The position numbers were made by a program, and so were the translations under genes. Below the pieces are notes generated by a model that made no database searches, had not been told where the DNA came from, and worked only from the letters and a program-made list of their open reading frames with translations. Positions 56,822 to 64,000 of a DNA stretch of 64,000 bases are shown in pieces (within the stretch, counting starts at the first letter, position 1; each line of letters begins with the position of its first letter). Source of the stretch: Chrysomallon squamiferum (Eukaryota; Animalia; Mollusca); the NCBI GenBank assembly GCA_012295275.1, contig CM022673.1, forward strand, positions 434,001-498,000, given 5' to 3'.

Positions 56822-58479
56822 CTGGTACGTTCGAACAAGTAAATAAAAATAAATAAATAAATAAATGAATAAATAGATAAATATACAGATGTGAGTGTGT
56901 ATGTGTGTGTGTATGTATGTGTTTATTTATTTAAAATAAATAAATAAATAAATACCGCATGTTTTGCCGTACGGGTCCGACAGACTTGGAAGGGAGAAAC
57001 TGTCAACTATGTAAAAAAAAAAAAAAAAAAAAAAAAAAGCATTCAAATACTGAAGTAAATAAATAAGTAAATAAAAATATAAATAAATAAATACAATAAA
57101 TAAATAAATAAATAAGTAAATAAAAATATAAATATATAAATACAATAAATAAATAAATAAATAAAGTAATAAAGTAATAAATAAATAAATAAAGTAATAA
57201 ATAAAGTAATAAATAAACAAATGAATGAATAAATAAATAAATAAATTAATAAATTAATAAAGACGATAAAGACAAAAACTCCATTCCTATATTCATTTAT
57301 CAAATGGTCCATCCATTTAACTGGCTTTAGAACTAATCCTGATTTGTTTTGTATATTTTTAATTATCTGCGATACTCATATTCATCATGATCATACTAAC
57401 CTTTTATTTTCTTCTTCTTTATTTCATCCGTATTTTCTGGCACGTGGTCTAAATAAATAAAAATATAAAATGATACTAGTTGTATTTTTAAATACTAATT
57501 ATAAACGATGCGACTAATACGGAAGCAAATCAAAAATTATATTACGAAAACAAACACAAACAAAAAATTAATTAAATTAAAACAAGGTTAAATAATAAAT
57601 AAATAAATATGCAGAAAGACAGAGAGAGAGAGAGATAAACACACACGTAGATAAAAAAAATTAATTGAAGAATAAACAAACAATCAGGATAATATTAATA
57701 AGTAAATAATGAAATTAGTCAGTGAGAAACGCGAAGTTTTCTCTGACAATCTTGTAGTGTTTTCTCGGCAGTTTACCTGGAATACACAAACAAGCAAATA
57801 AAAATAAATAAATAAACACAGACACACATAACACATGTATATTAATTAATTAATTAATTTATTTTTATTATTATTTTTATTTGCTTGTACGTTCCAGGTA
57901 AAAAGCCGAATATATATATACAAAATAAATAAATAATTGAATACATACCGAATGCTTTGCCGAACGATTCGCCCAAACGTAAAAATAATAAACTGGCAAC
58001 TAAAAATAAAAAAATAAAATAAATAATTTCAAACATTTCCAATAAGCATTATCATCATTATTATAAATAAAACTTTTAATTTCTTCTTTATTTCATCCGT
58101 ACTGGCAGGTTATTTAAATAAAGAAAAATATAAAATAATAATAATTTTATTTTTAAATACTAATTATAAACAATGCAGCTAATATGGAAGCAAAACAGAA
58201 ATTATATTACAAAAATAAACAAACAAACATAATTAAAACAAGGTTAAATAAATAGGCAGACAGACAGACAGAGAAAGAGAAAGACATCGAAATAGAGAGA
58301 TAAACATGAACATAGATAAAAATTAATTAAAAAACAAACAAACAATCGAGATAATATTAATAAGTAAATAATAAAATTAGTCAATCAAGCTAAAAAAGTA
58401 AATAAAAATAATTTAAATTTTTCGTTCACATTTTTTCTTGACTTTTTCGGCTGCTGCCTGCAGGATTCCAGCTGGTTGT
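56535..58479 (-). CDS. CARD gene B: exons 2-5 intact and in frame; first exon decayed or not found
   Basis: Exons (minus): 58479-58430 (QPAGILQAAAEKVKKK), 57448-57401 (YHVPENTDEIKKKKIK), 57006-56956 (VDSFSLPSLSDPYGKTC), 56821-56535 (CARD, 287 nt, 82/95 aa identical to gene A). Same phases as gene A. Confidence 0.7.
57715..58115 (-). pseudogene. Internal partial duplicate inside gene B: decayed exon 3, open exon-4 variant and truncated CARD stub
   Basis: Exon-3 relic ~58073-58113 has lost its splice sites and has a deletion. Exon-4 variant 57999-57949 (ASLLFLRLGESFGKAF) keeps AG/GT. CARD stub 57776-57715 reads GKLPRKHYKIVRENFAFLTD*. Confidence 0.75.
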
Positions 58480-58961
58480 CTGAAAGACAGACATACAGAC
58501 AGACATTCATTTTTTATTAAACGATGGATAAATTATGTAATATAATAATAATAAAAATAATAAAAATATTAAAAGGTGAATGAATGAATGAATGAATGAA
58601 TATATAAATAAATAAATAAATAAATAAATAAAGCTTCAACAAAAACAAAAATTACCAAAAAAATAAAAAAATCAAGGAAGCTTGAAATGTGAATAATGTA
58701 TGCTCTTTTTCTGTTTAATGATACAATTAACGATATTTATTTGGGGAAAAAACAACAACCAAAAACCCAGAAGATAAATTGTTATATACGAACAAACTTG
58801 TTATAATGCAGTAAATTGTTAATAATATAGTAGTTCAGAACTACTTCTGATAACAACTTCCATGATGTAGGCGCGTTAGTGAATATTTTTTTACACGTGA
58901 AGAAAAAAATAATAGTAAAACAACAACAGTATTAAAAACAACCAAAATCAAGACTTAGAAG

Positions 58962-59248
58962 TTTGCGATTGTAATTTTTTTCAACTTTTTTCCACCCCAT
59001 GATAATAGCCACACTTAAGCAGAGCAGACATCAGAATGTTGTAGCCGTACATGCCAGAATACAGAAACTTCTTAGTGGAGATGTCAGCCCTCTCTTCCTT
59101 GTTTTCTTCGGCCTTGACCTCTTCCATTTCACCCAAATCCAAGGCAACCTTTTCAAAGAACAAGGGCACCAAATCCTTGATGTTAATTTCACCAATGAAA
59201 AACTGAAGTTTTCTTTGTCAATTTTATAGAGATGTTTCGCCAGTTTAC
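58962..59248 (-). pseudogene. CARD copy C, frameshifted pseudo-exon
   Basis: ttccag|GKLAKHLYKIDKENF then a 1-nt deletion. The rest reads VPLFFEKVALDLGEMEEVKAEENKEERADISTKKFLYSGMYGYNILMSALLKCGYYHGVEKS* with a premature stop. Exons 2-4 are absent upstream. Confidence 0.8.
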
Positions 59249-60090
59249 CTGGAACTTACAAGCAAACAAAAACAGATAAATAAATAAAACAGAGAAAAGA
59301 CCAAAATATGTTTTCTCAAAAATTCTCATTCATAACAACAATAAAACAAAAAACAATGAAATAAAATAAAATTATTTTTAAGAGAAGATAAGATAAGATA
59401 AGATAAAAAAAAAAAAAACTGAAACATTCATGCCCACTCAAATTACTAAAAGTAAATTAATTAATTAATAAACTATAAATAAAATGAATGAATGAATGAA
59501 TGAATGAATAATAACAGCTTCAACAAAAAACAAAATTACCAAAAATGGTAAAAAGCAAAGCTTAAAACATAAAAAATGCATGTTCTTTTTCTTTTTAATG
59601 AAAACATTAACTATATTTATTTTTTTTTTTGGGGGGGGGCTGGAAGGGAAGAAAAAAATAATTATATATAAACAAAAACAAGAAGAAGAAGAAGATAATG
59701 ATGAAGATAAAAAGGAAGAAAAAGACGATTCGGAGGGAACAGAGGACAAATAAATAAATAAATAAATAAAAAGAGAGGTAAACTGCAGTAACTGTCTTAA
59801 TAAATTTACAAAAAAAAAAAAAAAAATTAATATCTTAATATATATAATTATATATATATATTTTTTTTTTCTTCGATCTACACTTTTTTTTTATCTCGTC
59901 TGATTTATCACAATTTTTTTTATTTGAACTGCTGTTTTGGATTTTTTTTTTTATGCAACAATTAGACAATTAAAGTCTTTCGAGATGTTCAACGTTTGTG
60001 TGACGCGTACTGACTGAACAGACTATCCGGATTTATTTATGCGCATTGTATTTTAAAATCAAGATACGGGTGTCTTTTCCTGGGATAGGT

Positions 60091-60100
60091 GGAAATTCCC
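60091..60100 (-). promoter_or_regulatory. NF-kB site of the leftward (C/B) promoter
   Basis: GGAAATTCCC = GGGAATTTCC on the minus strand, followed by ACCTA as in the other two promoters. A decayed exon-1 homolog lies at ~59870-59945. Confidence 0.6.
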
Positions 60101-60305
60101 AAAGGTCCATCAGCAGAATTAATAGTTAAACAAATATTTCTATTTTTATAGCTGACCAAAAAGCAAGTTTATACTTTCTGGTGTTCGAAAATGTATTAAG
60201 AATGGCGGAAAGCTTAATAATTTGAAAAAAAAATAAATAATAATAAAAATTTTGAATAATTAAATTAAATTTAAATTCAACCGATATGGTTTCTACTCAT
60301 AAACC

Positions 60306-60379
<74 letters not shown>

Positions 60380-61116
60380 AATAAAACAAAGTTTAAAAAT
60401 CTAAAACTAAAACAAGAACAATGCGTTCCTTTATTAATCAAAAATAAATAACTGCAAAGGTAAACGTTTTTAATAAAACAAGAACATTTTGAACAAATAT
60501 TGTTTTATCATTTTTGACAGTGAAAAGAAAAAGAAAGAAAGAAAGAAATAAAGAAAGAAAGAAAGAAAAAGAAAAGAAAAGATAGAGAAAGCAAGAAAAA
60601 AAAGACAAGAAGAAAAGGCAAGTTATATTTTAACGTATACATGCATACAAACATTCAAACACAAACACACACAACTATATTCATCCTATGTCCTCACTGG
60701 TATCTAAGTGGATTCAGTTTATCGAAAATTTATCTGCTGCTTTTAAACTATTTCTCTCGAGGTCAAAAAAAAATTAAAGAATCATATTATAAAAAACATA
60801 TTATAAACGGGAAAACACGTATCAAACTTTGTCAGTATTTACGTCTTCTACTCTTGCAACATTTGTCATCTTAAAAAGAACCCACCACAAACAGCACACA
60901 TTCAAGGTGACCTGGTTAGAGCAGGTGTCACAAGACATTATCTCAGCAAGCAGTGAACCCGAAACTGGAAATCCAGTAGGAGTGTCTCATTCTCCGGGAA
61001 CATTTTGAATAAAGAACTGATTTCATTACTTCATTATTCGAAATAACCCTAGTGTGTGGTTGTGTCTGTAAAAATAGATTATAAAAAATAAAAATCTGTT
61101 TATCTATTAATTGCGC

Positions 61117-61250
61117 TGATGCAACTTTGGGAATTTCCACCTACTAAGTTCGTTTAACTCTACAGCGCATGCGCAGTATCCGCCCCGAATGCGCAGAGCG
61201 GATAATCTGTACAGCACACGATAAACAGCTCGTATGTGCGCATATTGGTC
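61117..61250 (+). promoter_or_regulatory. Promoter of CARD gene D: NF-kB, NRF1, GC box, CCAAT
   Basis: TGATGCAA at 61117, GGGAATTTCC at 61129-61138, GCGCATGCGCA at ~61165, CCGCCC at ~61180, ATTGG at ~61244; ATG at 61321. Confidence 0.65.
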
Positions 61251-61320
61251 TACACCGTGAAGAGTCTGTAATTGCTGCACACGCGAAGTGCCCAGCACAG
61301 CAGCTCAGATAAAAAGAAAA

Positions 61321-61931
61321 ATGGTCAGGGTATTAGAGAGAATTAGACTTAAGCGTAGCTCGAAGAAAACTACAAAAAGGTGAGTCATTGAAATTAATAT
61401 TTATAATTTTGTAGTAATTTTACACACACACACACACACACACACATTGGGTAATTTTAGTAAGACAGTAACTGTAGCTGTTCTCTATTTTATCTATCTA
61501 TTTATTTATTTGTGTCCTGTTCCCACTGAATCTTCTTCTTCTTCTTCTTCTTCTTGTCGTTGTTTAGTTTTCCCCCAATAAATATCGTTAATTTTATCAT
61601 TAAATACAAAAAAAGCTTGCTTTTTTTCAGAGAGAGAGAGAGTTTTCAACAACAACAAAAAAAAATTAATATTATTATATTACATAATTTATGCAAGATT
61701 AGTTTTAACTCATCGTTTAATAAAAAATGAATGTCTGTCTTTCAGACAACCAAATGGAACCCTGCGATTAACAGTCGAAGAAATCAAGCAAAAATGTGTG
61801 TAAAAAACTTTTTTAGCGTTTTGTGGTTTATTTTCTTTTAATATTTATTGACTAATTTCATTGTTTACTTATTAATATTATCTTGATTGTTTGTTTGTTC
61901 TTTGATTTATTTTATCTACGTATGTATGTAT

Positions 61932-62022
<91 letters not shown>

Positions 62023-62746
62023 TCTCTTTCTTTATCTGTCTATCTGTTTGGCTATTTATTGATTGATTTATTGATTTATTTATTGTTTAACCTTGTTTTA
62101 ATTTTATTTGTAATTCTTTGTTTATTTTTGTAATATAATTTTGGTTTTGCTTCCGTATTACTCGCATCATTTATAATTAGTATTCAAAAATATAACTATT
62201 ATCATTTTATATTTTTCTTTATTTAGACTGCCTGCCAAAAATTACAAATGAAAAAATAAAGAAGAAAATAAAAGGTTAGTATAATAATGACGATGATAAC
62301 GATGATGATGATAATGATAAAGATAATGATGATAATAATGATAAAGATAATGATGAAGACACATAATTAAAACTATACAAAACAAATCAGGAAAATTCGT
62401 ATTTATTTATTTTTTTATTTTTGTACGTTCCAGGCAAAAACTGCCGAAAAAACACTACAGGAAGGTCAGAGAAAACTTTACGTTTCTCATTGATAAAATT
62501 GACGGCAAAGATCTGGCGCCATTCTTTTTGAAAAGGGTGTCTTCGATTTTGAACGACATGGAAGAGGTCAAGGCTGAAGAAAACAAGAAAGAGAGGGCTC
62601 TAATCTTCACTAAGAAGCTTCTCCATTCTGGCAAGCACGGCTACAACGTTTTCATGTATGCTCTCCTTGAGTGTGGCTATGATGACGTGATTGAAAAGCT
62701 GGAAAAAATCACAATCGAGTTATCTAAGTTGGACTGCACTCGTTAG
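61321..62746 (+). pseudogene. CARD gene D: exons 1-3 intact, exon 4 deleted, CARD exon with homopolymer indels (pseudogene, variant or sequencing error)
   Basis: Exons 61321-61379 (MVRVLERIRLKRSSKKTTK), 61746-61795 (RQPNGTLRLTVEEIKQK), 62227-62274 (YCLPKITNEKIKKKIK), 62434-62746 (CARD). The CARD exon has +2 A at its start and a compensating -1/+1 pair (FLKRVSSILND), and has lost the ancestral stop (extension LSKLDCTR). Confidence 0.7.
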
Positions 62747-63025
62747 AAACACTCGTATCAAAGCACTGAAGTTCAAACACAATCTCGCACGCACACATCT
62801 ATATATATTTATATATATTTCAAATACCTAAAGTAAATTATATATACTCATGAAGTTAATTTAATAATAAGAATAATAATAATAATATCAATAATAAGCA
62901 ATAATAATAACAACAATAACAAAATAATAAAAGTATTAATAATTCTTTTTAAAACTGTGAACATTTAGAAGAAAACTTATAAATCTATTTTTTATAATCG
63001 GAAAGTCTTTTCACAACAAACATTA

Positions 63026-63064
<39 letters not shown>

Positions 63065-63473
63065 ATACATACATTATTTTTTTTTTTTTTTTTTATTTCT
63101 GTTGGTAACTTTATCAGTCTTGGAAGAATTGTTAACTCTGCTGTAATGTAGTATTAATTATATTAGCTATATTTTTTCTAAATATTACGTGAAGTTTCTG
63201 ATATGATAATTATACCTGTCTGCGAGACTGGGAGTCACTGGCGTCGTGTAATGGGACCAGACCGGTGGTGAAAGAAAAATACATAAACAATGATGAAAGA
63301 AAAAAACATAATCTGTCTTTAAAATAAAAAAATAGTTAACAATATAAGTCCAAAAAAGACAAAGAAAAGAGAAAACAGCATCTGTTTTAAATTAATAAAA
63401 TTGTATCTACAGTTAACAATCGGTATGTCCAAATTTTGATAATTTATGTTCATTTTTATTATTTTTATTTTTA

Positions 63474-63506
<33 letters not shown>

Positions 63507-63568
63507 AATTATTCTATTATGATCTTTCTTATTTTAAAATTATTCTGTTTCTTTCTCTCTTTTTTTCT

Positions 63569-63603
<35 letters not shown>

Positions 63604-63881
63604 TTGTTCGCATTATGCTATATTTTTAGAGTAAAATATAAAAAAAATATTTATTTCTCAATATTAATTCTTTCTAATATTAACCAAATATTAACTTTTA
63701 ACACCTAATTTATTTTTATTTTGTTTTCTCATTTCACTGACTTATTATCACTATTTAACTCACAAACGTGTCATTTATATTATTTCTCAGTCTATGTTCC
63801 ATCATGCAGTTGCTGTTATATGTTATTTCTTATCTTAGTAACTGCATAAAAAAAAAAAAAAAAAAAAAAATAATAATAAAA

Positions 63882-63927
<46 letters not shown>

Positions 63928-64000
63928 TTTTATTTTAAATATATTTATATTAGCTGAGGTGGGAATTTGTTTTTTTATTATTCGAAAAGTCAAAATGTCT

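Overview
AT-rich, microsatellite-saturated eukaryotic (animal) genomic DNA with GT-AG introns. The (AG)n/(AAT)n/(ATAC)n/(TG)n load suggests an invertebrate such as an octopod mollusc (inference only). Almost all ORFs in the supplied track are translated microsatellites; the real genes are split into short exons and were assembled here by hand from splice sites and phase. (1) A signal-peptide-like exon of a minus-strand gene that runs off the left edge (532-664). (2) About 30 kb of mostly non-coding DNA with a near-perfect 1.06-kb tandem duplication and a CpG-rich island. (3) A complete 7-exon, 180-aa orphan type I membrane protein on the minus strand (31540-34850): signal peptide, RNKR furin-type site, Thr-rich stalk, one TM, short tail. 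(4) From about 37 kb to the end, a cluster of paralogous 'Lys-rich N-terminus + single C-terminal CARD' genes: one intact 5-exon gene (40048-42832 +), one with an intact CARD but decayed first exon (56535-58479 -), one frameshifted copy, one CARD stub, and one copy with homopolymer indels (61321-62746 +). All three recognisable promoters keep a perfect NF-kB site GGGAATTTCC. The cluster is built from inverted segmental duplications plus a 3 x ~1.9-kb tandem array of the 3' flank. It is the best candidate for an undescribed system: an NF-kB-inducible CARD-only (decoy-like) gene family undergoing birth-and-death evolution.
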